In this document: in pieces, positions 8,507 to 17,735 of the stretch | How the letters are laid out: each line of letters starts with the position of its first letter | How positions within the stretch are numbered: the first letter of the stretch is position 1 | NCBI GenBank assembly: GCA_965223545.1 | Contig: OZ245006.1 | Location: 6,944,001-7,008,000 of the forward strand | Direction of reading: 5' to 3' | From: Planctomycetota bacterium | GTDB lineage: Bacteria > Planctomycetota > UBA1135 > UBA2386 | Length of the DNA stretch: 64,000 bases | The notes under the pieces: generated by a model | Told to the model about the DNA's origin: nothing | The model's input: the letters and a program-made list of their open reading frames with translations, nothing else | Databases searched by the model: none | Program-made: the position numbers and the translations under genes

Positions 8507-9323
8507 GGTGGTGCAGCCGGTCGAAGCCGAGCTCGGCGAAGATCGGCAGCGCGTTGCTCGAGCGGCCGCCGGAGCGGCAGTGCATCAGGTAGCTCTTCTT
8601 CGGGTCGAGCTCGGCCAGCTTCTGTCGAAAGTCGGTGGCCTTGAAGTCGATGTTGACCGCCCCTTCGAGGTGGCCTTGAGCGAACTCCTCCGCGGTGCGG
8701 ATGTCGAGAACGACGGTCTCGGATTGGTCGGCCAACAGCTTGGCGGCCGCCGCTGCGTCGACCTCGACCACGGCCGGCGCGGCTGGCGCGACGGCGTCAG
8801 GTTGGCTCTCGCTGGGGCGCGAGGCCGGGGTTGCCGGTGTAGTCGGGCCCTCCGCCGTGCCTTCCGCCGGGGAGCATGCGATCACCAGGAGCAGTAAGGC
8901 GAGTGAGCCTCCGGCGCCTCGAATCTTCGAGCGTCGACAACATTTTCGAGGCGACGTCGCTGCCATGGCGACAACGCCGCCGCGCCGGAGGCTCGGAGAG
9001 ACAGTGCCTCCGGGCTCAGCGCGGCGGCGGATGTGTCGGACCTTCCAATCCGCTCCGGCGAGAGCGGCATCCGAGTTTGGTTGCGGCCGTGGCCGCGCTG
9101 AGCCTCCGGCGCCTCGAATCTTCGAGCGTCGACAACATTTTCGAGGCGACGTCGCTGCCATGGCGACAACGCCGCCGCGCCGGAGGCTTGGAGAGACAGT
9201 GCCTCCGGGCTCAGCGCGGCGGCGGATGTGTCGGACCTTCCAAACCGCGCCGGCAAGAGCGGCATCCGAGTTTGGTTGCGGGCGTGGCCGCGCTGAGCAA
9301 TTGGGCATCGCGGTGCGGATCAT
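8454..9323 (-). CDS. Rhodanese-domain lipoprotein with a 130-aa in-frame repeat insertion in its signal peptide (alternative start 8966)
   Basis: LDIRTAEEFAQGHLEGA, HCRSGGRS, LSGGILDW; LALLLLVIAC lipobox-like segment; start uncertain. Confidence 0.8.
   Translation of the reverse strand: MIRTAMPNCSARPRPQPNSDAALAGAVWKVRHIRRRAEPGGTVSPSLRRGGVVAMAATSPRKCCRRSKIRGAGGSARPRPQPNSDAALAGADWKVRHIRRRAEPGGTVSPSLRRGGVVAMAATSPRKCCRRSKIRGAGGSLALLLLVIACSPAEGTAEGPTTPATPASRPSESQPDAVAPAAPAVVEVDAAAAAKLLADQSETVVLDIRTAEEFAQGHLEGAVNIDFKATDFRQKLAELDPKKSYLMHCRSGGRSSNALPIFAELGFDRLHHLSGGILDWQEAGQKIVQ
8904..9298. repeat. Two tandem 195-bp palindrome-rich units
   Basis: Units start at 8904 and 9099 with 5 substitutions between them; TGAGC at both ends; internal inverted repeats 8905-8917/8982-8994 and 9014-9025/9092-9103. 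Confidence 0.95.
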
Positions 9324-9430
9324 TACGGCCAAGATACGAGCGACCGGCGGTCGGTGCGAGTCTGCGGCCGCGGGTCGCTCGAGGCAGTGCCCGCCCGGGA
9401 GGTGATGCACGCACGCCGCAAGTGCGCGGA

Positions 9431-9799
9431 TCATGCTGTGTTGGCGCGCTGCTTGGCCTTGGACTCCTCAGCGCGTCGGCGGGCTTTGAACGCGCAGCCC
9501 CACTCCTGCATCGACTTCAGGATCGGCGCCAGGGACCGACCGAACTCGGTGACCTCGTACTCGACACGCGGCGGTACCTCGGCGTAGACGTGCCGGTCGA
9601 GGACGCCGTCGGCCTCCAGCTCGCGGAGCTGCAGTGTGATCATGCGCTCGGTTGCGTTCGACACGAGACGCCGCAGTTCACCGAAGCGTTTGCGGCCCGC
9701 GAGCAAATGGCAGACGAGGACGGGCTTCCAACGGCCGCCGATGACGCTCAGGGTCGCCTCGACGTCGCAGCCAGTCTTCCAGTTGTATTTGCGAGTCAT
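9431..9799 (-). CDS. HxlR-family winged-helix regulator
   Basis: GCDVEATLSVIGGRWK, RFGELRR, QLRELEADG, YAEVPPRVEY. Confidence 0.93.
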   Translation of the reverse strand: MTRKYNWKTGCDVEATLSVIGGRWKPVLVCHLLAGRKRFGELRRLVSNATERMITLQLRELEADGVLDRHVYAEVPPRVEYEVTEFGRSLAPILKSMQEWGCAFKARRRAEESKAKQRANTA

Positions 9800-9832
9800 G
9801 GGATCGCTCTCACTGTCGCGAATGTCCTTTAC

Positions 9833-9856
9833 TTACAAAAATGTGGGTTCTTGTAA
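9833..9856. promoter_or_regulatory. Candidate HxlR operator
   Basis: AT-rich imperfect inverted repeat ttacaaaaa-N6-ttcttgtaa between divergent regulator and oxidoreductase. Confidence 0.5.
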
Positions 9857-9914
9857 AGAGTGTTGTGCTGGGCCACCGTGCGATCCCCAGTCGATCGAGG
9901 AGATCAACACGACC

Positions 9915-10901
9915 ATGAAGGCAATGACCGTCAGCTCTTACGGCGAAGACGCCGTGTTCGAACCGGCCGAGGTGGTGACCCCACCGGTTACATCCGACCA
10001 CGTCCTGGTCAGGATCGCGGCGTCCAGCGTCAACACCGTGGACACCATGATCCGGAAGATGGGCAAAGCACTCCCTCTCTCACCAGACACGCCGGCAGTT
10101 CTGGGCATGGATTTCGCCGGTACCGTCGAGACCGTGGGTGATGGTGTCGAGGGCTTCGCGGTTGGCGACGAGGTCTACGGCTGCGCTGGAGGGCTTGCCG
10201 GCCTGCCGGGAACTTTGGCGGAGTTCATCGCCGCCGACAGCAACCTGATCGCCCACAAGCCCAGCAACCTCTCGATGCGCGAAGCGGCGGCCTTGCCGCT
10301 GGTCGCGATCACCGCGTACGAGGGCTTGACTCGGGCCGGCGTCACTGCCGGTCAGAAAGTCTTGGTGCATGGTGGCTCCGGTGGCGTCGGCCACGTCGCG
10401 CTGCAGCTCGCCGAGTACTTCGGAGCCGACGTCTACGCGACCGGCGGCGGCGACAAGCAGACGGCGTTGATCGAGCGGCTCGGGGCGACCGCGATCAACT
10501 ACAAGACCGAGTCCGTTGAGCAGTACGTCGCCGCCCACACGGGCGGACAGGGATTCGACGTCGTGTTCGATTCCGTCGGCGGTGCCAACATGGCGACCTC
10601 GTTCGAGGCGGCCGCTCTCAATGGCCACGTGGCCTCGACGGTTGCCCTGTGTGAGCTGGATTTGTCGACGGCTCACTTCAAGGGGCTCTCGCTGCACGTC
10701 GTCTTCATGCTCATTCCCATGCTCCATGACCACGGCCGCGAGCAGCACGGCGAGATCCTGCGCAAGCTGGCGCAGATCGTCGAAGCGGGTGGGCTGACGC
10801 CCGTTCTCGACGAGAACCACTACTCGCTGTCCGAGGTCGGTGCCGCGCACGCCCGACTGGAGAGTGGACGAGCGATGGGCAAGGTCGTCATCGAGAACTG
10901 A
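9915..10901 (+). CDS. MDR-superfamily NADPH:quinone oxidoreductase-like protein
   Basis: SSVNTVD, LGMDFAGTV, VHGGSGGVG, GKVVI; GAGGAG SD upstream. Confidence 0.9.
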   Translation: MKAMTVSSYGEDAVFEPAEVVTPPVTSDHVLVRIAASSVNTVDTMIRKMGKALPLSPDTPAVLGMDFAGTVETVGDGVEGFAVGDEVYGCAGGLAGLPGTLAEFIAADSNLIAHKPSNLSMREAAALPLVAITAYEGLTRAGVTAGQKVLVHGGSGGVGHVALQLAEYFGADVYATGGGDKQTALIERLGATAINYKTESVEQYVAAHTGGQGFDVVFDSVGGANMATSFEAAALNGHVASTVALCELDLSTAHFKGLSLHVVFMLIPMLHDHGREQHGEILRKLAQIVEAGGLTPVLDENHYSLSEVGAAHARLESGRAMGKVVIEN

Positions 10902-10934
10902 AGCGCGCCGCAGCGACTCGGAGATGAACCGAGC

Positions 10935-13900
10935 TCACTCGGCCGCGAGCACGATCAGCAGGTCTTCCGCCTGGACCGCTGCGTTGAGGTCCGGCACCAC
11001 CTCGGCGATGGTCGCGGCCCGCGGTGCGCGCACGATGGTCTCCATCTTCATCGCCTCCAGGGTGAGCAGGGCGTCGCCCTCCGCCACTTGGTCGCCGGCG
11101 GCGACGTGGCGCGCGATCACCGTGCCCGGCATCGGCGCGCCCAGCTGGCAGTCGTCGGCGCGGTCGGCCCGTCGCCGGGCGACGGCGGCACCGGCCAGCG
11201 AGCGGTCGCGCGCCACGACCTGGCGGCCTTGGCCGTTGAGCTCGAAGTAGACGATGCGCTCGCCGAGGGCGTTGGCGTCGCCGATGGCGGCCAGCGAGAT
11301 CACCAGCGTCTTGCCGGGCTCGAGGTCGACGTTGACCTCTTGGCCGATCTCCAGCCCGTACAGGTACGTCGGTGTGTCGAGCACGGAGACGTCCTCGTGC
11401 CGGCTCTGGAAGTCGAGGTGGTCGTTGATGACGCGCGGATAGAGCGCGGCGCTGACCGCGGTGTGGTGCGGGATGGGGCGCTCGTATCGCTGCTCCAGCT
11501 CGCGCGCCAGCGCGGCCAGATCGATCGGTTCGAGGCGGTCGCTGGGGTTGCCGTCGACGACCGGCAGGCCCTTGAGGACGGCCTTCTGCAGCGCGGGCGG
11601 GAACCCGCCGGGCGCCTGGCCGAGGTGGCCCTGAAAGTAGGTGACGACGCTCACCGGGAAGTCCAGCCGGGGCGCTTGCTCGAGCACGCGCTGCAGGGTG
11701 CGGTCGATCATCCGCTCGGCGTTGTCGTCGAACACCAGCAGGTCGTTCTGCACCACGAAGATGGCGAAGTCGCCGACCATCTTGCTGCTCGGCGTGACCT
11801 TGGGAATGTCGCCGACCAGCTGATTGACCACGTAGAAGGCGTGCTTGACCTCGGTCCAGCGGTCGAGCAACCCCATCGAAGCGACCTGCGGGCGCAGGTT
11901 GCTGTACTGGCCGCCGGGGATCTCGTGGTAGTAGACCTCGGAGGTGCTGCTCTTGAGCCCGCACTCGAACGGCGCGTAGAAGTCGCGGACGACCTCCCAG
12001 TAGTCGGCCAGCGGCTGCAGGGTCTTGTTGCCCATGCCGGTCTCGCGCTCGCCGCCGCGCAACGCTGCGACCAGCGCGTTCATGCTCGGTTGGCTGGTCA
12101 GTCCGGCCATCGGCGCCAGCGCGGTGTCGACGATGTCGACGCCGCAGTCGATCGCCTCCATCAAGGTGGCGATGCCGTTGCCGCTGGTGTCGTGCGTGTG
12201 CAGGTGGATCGGCAGCTCGGTGGCGTCGGCCAGCCCCTCCATCAGGATGCGCGCGGCGCGCGGCCGCAGCAGGCCGGCCATGTCCTTGATGCACAGCATG
12301 TGCGCGCCCAGGTCCTCGATCCGTCGCGCCAGGTCGCGGTAGTACTGCAGCGTGTACTTGGTCCGGTGTGGATTGGCGAGATCGCCCGTGTAGCAGATGC
12401 AGACCTCGGCGACCTTCGGCGTCTGCAGGATGCGTTGCACCGAGACGCGCATGTTGTCGAGGTCGTTGAGGCTGTCGAACACTCGAAACACGTCGATTCC
12501 GGCGAGCGCGGCTTCCTCGATGAACGCTTCGACGACGTTGTTCGGATAGCTCGTGTAGCCGACCGCGTTGGCGCCGCGCAGCAGCATCTGCTGCAGGATG
12601 TTGGGCACCGCGCGCTTGAGCTTGCGCAGTCGATCCCACGGATCCTCGTTGAGGAACCGGTAGGCGACGTCGAAGGTGGCGCCGCCCCAGGTCTCCAACG
12701 AGAACAGCTGTGGGGCCAGGTGCGCGGTTGCTCCCGCGATGCGGAGCAGGTCGTAGGTGCGCACGCGCGTCGCCAACAGGCTCTGGTGCGCGTCGCGCAT
12801 CGTCGTATCGGTGAGCAACGGCTGGCTCTGGGCGCGCACCCAGCGCGCCAGGCCGTGCGGCCCTTCGCGCTCGAGCACTTGCACCGTGCCGTCCGGCGGT
12901 GGGGCCTCGGGGACGTTGGGCACCGGTGCCTCGATCAGCGCGGTGGGCTGCATGCGCTGTTCGCGTTTGATCGTCGGGTGACCGTTGACCAAGACGTCGG
13001 CGAGATAGGTCAGGATCTTGGTCGCGCGGTCCCGCCGCCAGTCGAGGTCGAACAGCTCGCGCGAGTCGTCGATGAAGCTGGTGTAGACGTCGCCACCGCG
13101 GAACGCGTCGTGGCGCAGCACGTTCTCCAGGAAGGCGATGTTGGTCTTGACGCCGCGGATCCGGAACTCGCGCAGCGCGCGCAACCCCTTGCCAATGGCG
13201 CGTTCGAAGGTCAGCGCGTGGCTGGTGACCTTGACCAGGAGCGAGTCGTAGTGCGGCGAGATGTGGGCACCGGCGAAGCCGTTGCCGGTGTCGAGGCGAA
13301 TGCCGAATCCCGCCGCGCTGCGGAACGCCTGTAGCCGGCCGGTGTCCGGCATGAAGCCGTTGGCCGGATCCTCGGTGGTGATCCGGCACTGGATGGCGGA
13401 GCCGCGCGGTTGGATGGTGCGTTGGTCGAAGATGCCGATTTCCTCGGAGCCGAGGGTATGGCCCTCGGCGACGCGGATCTGTGCCTGCACCAGGTCGATG
13501 CCGGTGACCTCCTCGGTGACGGTGTGCTCGACCTGCAGGCGGGGGTTGACTTCGATGAAGTAGCTGTCGGTACCGGAGACGAGGAACTCGACGGTGCCGG
13601 CGTTGTGGTAGCCGACCGCTTGGCCGATCTTCAGCGCGTCCTCGTGCAGTCGCTGGCGCACGACCTCGTTGAGGTTGGGCGCCGGCGCGATCTCGATGAT
13701 CTTCTGGTGGCGGCGCTGGACCGAGCAGTCGCGCTCGTGCAGGTGGACCAGGTTGCCGCGCAGGTCGCCGAGGATCTGCACCTCGATGTGGCGCACGCGC
13801 GGCAGGTACTTCTCCAAGAACACCGTGCCGCTGCCGAACGCGGCCTTGGCCTCCGAGCTGGCGGCCTCGATCGCGGCCTGCAGGCCGTCGGCTGCGTGCA

Positions 13901-14423
13901 CCACCCGCATGCCGCGTCCGCCGCCGCCGTGCGCGGCCTTGACGATCAGTGGCGCGTGCTGTTCGAAGAACTGCCGTGCCGCCGGGTCGTCGGTGCGCTC
14001 CAGGGTCAGGCCGGGAACCACGGCGACACCGGCGCCTTCGGCGACGCGGCGCGCGCTGATCTTGTCGCCGATGGCGCGGATCGCGTCCGGCCGCGGACCG
14101 ATGAAGCGGATGCCGGCGTCCTCGCAGGCTTGCGCGAAGTCGGCGTTCTCGGACAGAAAGCCGTAGCCGGGGTGGATCGCGTCGACGTGGGCGCGGCGCG
14201 CGATGCGCAGCACGTCCTCGACGCTGAGGTAGGCCTCGACCGGCTGCTTGCCGCGGCCGATCAGGTAGGCCTCGTCAGCCTTGTAGCGGTGCTGGTGGGT
14301 GCGGTCTTCCTCGCTGTAGATCGCGACGGTGCGGATCGAGAGCTCGGTGCAGGCGCGGAACACGCGAATCGCGATCTCGCCGCGGTTGGCGCACAAAATC
14401 TTGCGGAACGAGGTGGTCTCCAT
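10935..14423 (-). CDS. pyc: Pyruvate carboxylase
   Basis: Biotin carboxylase ANRGEIA, HPGYGFLSEN, RDCSVQRRHQK; carboxyltransferase DTTMRDAHQSL, HLHTHD; biotinyl EAMKME. Confidence 0.97.
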   Translation of the reverse strand: METTSFRKILCANRGEIAIRVFRACTELSIRTVAIYSEEDRTHQHRYKADEAYLIGRGKQPVEAYLSVEDVLRIARRAHVDAIHPGYGFLSENADFAQACEDAGIRFIGPRPDAIRAIGDKISARRVAEGAGVAVVPGLTLERTDDPAARQFFEQHAPLIVKAAHGGGGRGMRVVHAADGLQAAIEAASSEAKAAFGSGTVFLEKYLPRVRHIEVQILGDLRGNLVHLHERDCSVQRRHQKIIEIAPAPNLNEVVRQRLHEDALKIGQAVGYHNAGTVEFLVSGTDSYFIEVNPRLQVEHTVTEEVTGIDLVQAQIRVAEGHTLGSEEIGIFDQRTIQPRGSAIQCRITTEDPANGFMPDTGRLQAFRSAAGFGIRLDTGNGFAGAHISPHYDSLLVKVTSHALTFERAIGKGLRALREFRIRGVKTNIAFLENVLRHDAFRGGDVYTSFIDDSRELFDLDWRRDRATKILTYLADVLVNGHPTIKREQRMQPTALIEAPVPNVPEAPPPDGTVQVLEREGPHGLARWVRAQSQPLLTDTTMRDAHQSLLATRVRTYDLLRIAGATAHLAPQLFSLETWGGATFDVAYRFLNEDPWDRLRKLKRAVPNILQQMLLRGANAVGYTSYPNNVVEAFIEEAALAGIDVFRVFDSLNDLDNMRVSVQRILQTPKVAEVCICYTGDLANPHRTKYTLQYYRDLARRIEDLGAHMLCIKDMAGLLRPRAARILMEGLADATELPIHLHTHDTSGNGIATLMEAIDCGVDIVDTALAPMAGLTSQPSMNALVAALRGGERETGMGNKTLQPLADYWEVVRDFYAPFECGLKSSTSEVYYHEIPGGQYSNLRPQVASMGLLDRWTEVKHAFYVVNQLVGDIPKVTPSSKMVGDFAIFVVQNDLLVFDDNAERMIDRTLQRVLEQAPRLDFPVSVVTYFQGHLGQAPGGFPPALQKAVLKGLPVVDGNPSDRLEPIDLAALARELEQRYERPIPHHTAVSAALYPRVINDHLDFQSRHEDVSVLDTPTYLYGLEIGQEVNVDLEPGKTLVISLAAIGDANALGERIVYFELNGQGRQVVARDRSLAGAAVARRRADRADDCQLGAPMPGTVIARHVAAGDQVAEGDALLTLEAMKMETIVRAPRAATIAEVVPDLNAAVQAEDLLIVLAAE

Positions 14424-14532
14424 GGAGGTGTCCAGGCGCGCCGATCATACGCGGCGTCCGGTGGCAGCGAGTTCTCGAGTGCCCATCCCAAGGGTTCTTC
14501 GGCATCGCGCCCCGGGTCGCTTGACGGCGCGC

Positions 14533-16011
14533 TCAGCCGTTCGCGTCCGCATCGCGCCACGCGGGTGCGAGCAGGCGGCGCTTGCCGTCGCGACTCAGCG
14601 GAATCTGCGCCCCGGGGCTGAACTCGCGGTCCCACAGCTGGCAGGTGACTTGCTTGTGGCGCTGGTCGAGTCCTTCGCAGTAGTTGGTGAACTTGCAGCG
14701 CCGCACCTCCGCGCCGCGGCCGGCCTCGATCTTGCGAAACCAGTCGGGGTCGGCGAGCGTCTGGCGCGCGGCGGCGACGGCGTCGGCGTCACCGGCGGCC
14801 AGGATGGACTCGGCCTGGTCGAAGCTGCAGATCCCGCCGGAGGTCACGATCGGGGTCCGCATTCCGGCGTTGCGCACCGCTCGACGGATGGCGGCTGACA
14901 GTGGCACGTTGCGGCCGAAGGGCCCGCGCGCGTCGCTGCGCACCGTCGGCATGCACTCGTGGCCGCTGGGTCCGGTGTAAGGGTACGCCGCTTCGCCGAC
15001 GCGCGGCTGCTTGGCATCCTCGAACTTGCCACCCTTGCTGACCGAGATGTAGTCGAGGCCGCCGGCGGCCAGCCGGCCGGCGTAGTAGACCGCGTCGTCC
15101 AGATCGCTGCCGCCGGCGATGGCCTCGTCGCCGAGGATGCGCGCGCCGACGCAGTAGGCGTCGCCGACGCGCGCACGGACCGCCGCCAACACCTCGAGCG
15201 GCAGTCGGACACGGCCCTCTCGGCTGCCGCCGTAGCCGTCGTCGCGCTCGTTGAGCCGGGACAGGAACGAGGCCATCGTGTAGGCGTGGGCGTAGTGGAG
15301 CTCGACGCCGTCGAAGCCTGCGGTGCGGGCGCGCTCGGCCGCCGTCGCGAACAGTGGGGGCAGCTGCTCGGGCAGGGCGCGGATCTGGGGCAGGTGCAGA
15401 TCGTTGACGGTCTCGCGGTAGCCCATCCGCAGATCGCGCAGCTCGCGCGCGTCGAGAACCCGGGCCAGCGCTTCGTCGTCCAGGGACTGTAGACCGGCGC
15501 GCAGCTCGGCCTCCTCGGCTTGCTCGAGGCCCGGGTCGAGGGCGGCGAGCGCGCGGCGATGGCGGTCCTCGATCCGCAGGTAGCGCGCCAGGTACACCGC
15601 CTTCTCGGGGCGGCGTTTGATCGTCAAGAAGTCGATGATCTGGATCAGCAGCCGGGTCTCGCCCTCGCTGTGCTCGCGCACCGTCTCGACCAACCGCCGC
15701 AACCCGGGAATGAAGCGGTCATCGCCGATGCGCAGCAGCGGTCCGCTCGGCACGTCGCGGATGCCGGTCGCCTCGACGACCAACACGCCGGGGCGGCCGC
15801 GCGCGAAGCGCGCGTACCAGTCGAGGACGTCGTCGGTGACGAAGCCGTCGTCGGAGGCCCGCCACGGCACCATCGCCGGCACCCAGGTGCGGCGGCGGGC
15901 CTCGATGGGACCAAGCGCGATCGGCCGAAACCAACGCCCGGCCGCGGCCTGCGCCTTCGACGGCCAGGTCGTCGGCGGCACCTCGTGCCACTGCACCGGC
16001 GAACCGCTCAT
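14533..16011 (-). CDS. NADH:flavin oxidoreductase (old yellow enzyme family)
   Basis: VPAMVPWR, AGFDGVELHYAHAYT, NERDDGYGGS, LADPDW, C-terminal CKFTNYC...C. Confidence 0.88.
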   Translation of the reverse strand: MSGSPVQWHEVPPTTWPSKAQAAAGRWFRPIALGPIEARRRTWVPAMVPWRASDDGFVTDDVLDWYARFARGRPGVLVVEATGIRDVPSGPLLRIGDDRFIPGLRRLVETVREHSEGETRLLIQIIDFLTIKRRPEKAVYLARYLRIEDRHRRALAALDPGLEQAEEAELRAGLQSLDDEALARVLDARELRDLRMGYRETVNDLHLPQIRALPEQLPPLFATAAERARTAGFDGVELHYAHAYTMASFLSRLNERDDGYGGSREGRVRLPLEVLAAVRARVGDAYCVGARILGDEAIAGGSDLDDAVYYAGRLAAGGLDYISVSKGGKFEDAKQPRVGEAAYPYTGPSGHECMPTVRSDARGPFGRNVPLSAAIRRAVRNAGMRTPIVTSGGICSFDQAESILAAGDADAVAAARQTLADPDWFRKIEAGRGAEVRRCKFTNYCEGLDQRHKQVTCQLWDREFSPGAQIPLSRDGKRRLLAPAWRDADANG

Positions 16012-16013
16012 GC

Positions 16014-17720
16014 TCAGTCCAACAGCACGGAGCTGAGGGCCGAGCGCAGGCTCGACAGGTCGAAGGGCTTGGGCAAGAACTTGGTGCGCAGATCCTCGCT
16101 GGTGTGCGCCCGACTCGGATCGCAACCCGAGATCACGACCGCCGGCAGGCGCTCCCGCTTCTCCCGCATGCGCGCCAGCGTCGAGTGACCGTCGAGGCCG
16201 GGCATGTGCAGGTCGACGACCACGCACGCGTAGCGGCGCGGATCGCCCTCGAACAGCTCGACGGCGCGCAGGCCGTCTTCGGCTTGGTCGACCAAGAACC
16301 CCAGTCGATCGAGCATGCGCTGGCTGGTCGCGCGGCTGGTCGGCTCGTCGTCGATCAGGAGCACGGTGCCGCCGCCCAGCACGCTGGTGTCGTGTTCGGC
16401 GGCGACGGCCGCCGGGGCGTCCTCGTCGGAGGCGGGCAGCAGCAGGCGGAAGGTGGCGCCCTTGCCCGGGGCGCTCCGCACCTCGAGCGCGCCACCGTGG
16501 CTGCGGACGATGCCGTGCGCCGCGGCGAGGCCGAGACCGCGGCTGCCGCCCTTGGTGGTGAAGAACGGGTCGAAGATGCGGGTCGCCGTGGCCTGGTCCA
16601 TGCCGTGGCCGTTGTCGCTGACCTCCACCGCGACGTAGCGGCCCGGCGTCAGTCGTTCGTAGAGGCTCGGGTCGAGGTTGCCGGGGCAGGTCAGCTCCTC
16701 GGTGCGAACGGTGATCTCGCCGCCTTCCGCCGGCACCGCCTCGATGGCGTTGGTGATCAGGTTGAGCAAGACTTGGCGGATCTGGGTGCGGTCGGCCATC
16801 ACCGCCGGCAGCTCCGCGGCCGTCGCCCGCACCACCGAGCAGCCGGGCGGCAGGCTCAAGCGAGTCAGCTGTAGGGTGTCCAGCAGCTCGGCGTTGAGGT
16901 TGATCGGCTCGGCGGTGAAGCGACCGCGGCCCGAGTAGGCGAGCATCTTGCGTGCCAGCTCGGCGCACCGCCGTGCCGAGTCGCGGATGTCCTCGAGGCA
17001 CTCGGCCTCAACGCTTTCGGCGCTGACCCGCTCGCGAACCAGATCGGCGTTGCCGAGGATGCCGACCAGCAGGTTGTTGAAGTCGTGCGCGACGCTGCCG
17101 GCGAGCACGGTCATGCTCTCTTCGCGCTGCGCGTCGCGCAGCTGCGCCTCGAGCTTGCGGTCGAGGTCCAGCTGCAGCAGCTGGCGCCGGCTGCGGGCGT
17201 AGAACTCGAGCAAGAAGGTGATGGCGACCGCCAGGATCAGGGCGCCGAGCGTCAGGAGCGGCACCAGCTTCAGCCGTTGCCGCAGCTCGGTGTGCAGGTC
17301 GTGTGTCGCCTCGTTGATCTCCAGCAGGGCGTCGGCGATGCCCTTGAGCATCAGGTTGCCGGCGCTGCGCGAGTAGTGCTCGGGAACGCGGTCCACGAGC
17401 CGGGCGATCGGCGCGCGGTCGTCGGTCAGCGGTGCTTCGAGCATGTGCGCGCGGAGATCTTCGCGCAGGGTCGCGTAGCGCGGCTGGACCTCGGCGGCGG
17501 CGGGCCCCAGGCTGTTGAGCTCGTGGATCTCGCGCGAGGCATGCTCGATCATCGAGACGCAGCTCAGGTGCCAATCCAGTCGGTTGCCCAGCGGGCCGAG
17601 GGCAGAGGTGCGCCACCAAGAGTAGGATGTGATCAGCAGCGCGAGGAGCACTGGAACCCAGCGCCAGGTCGCGATGCGGTGGCCGACGGCTCGCCGCTTG
17701 GACGAATCGAACGAGAGCAT
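16014..17720 (-). CDS. Membrane hybrid sensor histidine kinase/response regulator
   Basis: Two TM segments, AHDFNNLL H-box, NLITNA, DNGHGM, FDPFFTTK, GLGL, receiver LIDDE..VDLHMP..KPF. Confidence 0.93.
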   Translation of the reverse strand: MLSFDSSKRRAVGHRIATWRWVPVLLALLITSYSWWRTSALGPLGNRLDWHLSCVSMIEHASREIHELNSLGPAAAEVQPRYATLREDLRAHMLEAPLTDDRAPIARLVDRVPEHYSRSAGNLMLKGIADALLEINEATHDLHTELRQRLKLVPLLTLGALILAVAITFLLEFYARSRRQLLQLDLDRKLEAQLRDAQREESMTVLAGSVAHDFNNLLVGILGNADLVRERVSAESVEAECLEDIRDSARRCAELARKMLAYSGRGRFTAEPINLNAELLDTLQLTRLSLPPGCSVVRATAAELPAVMADRTQIRQVLLNLITNAIEAVPAEGGEITVRTEELTCPGNLDPSLYERLTPGRYVAVEVSDNGHGMDQATATRIFDPFFTTKGGSRGLGLAAAHGIVRSHGGALEVRSAPGKGATFRLLLPASDEDAPAAVAAEHDTSVLGGGTVLLIDDEPTSRATSQRMLDRLGFLVDQAEDGLRAVELFEGDPRRYACVVVDLHMPGLDGHSTLARMREKRERLPAVVISGCDPSRAHTSEDLRTKFLPKPFDLSSLRSALSSVLLD

Positions 17721-17735
17721 GGGACAATGCAGAGT

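Noticed and set aside
8904..9298. CRISPR array
   Set aside because: Two long contiguous units, no unique spacers, no cas genes
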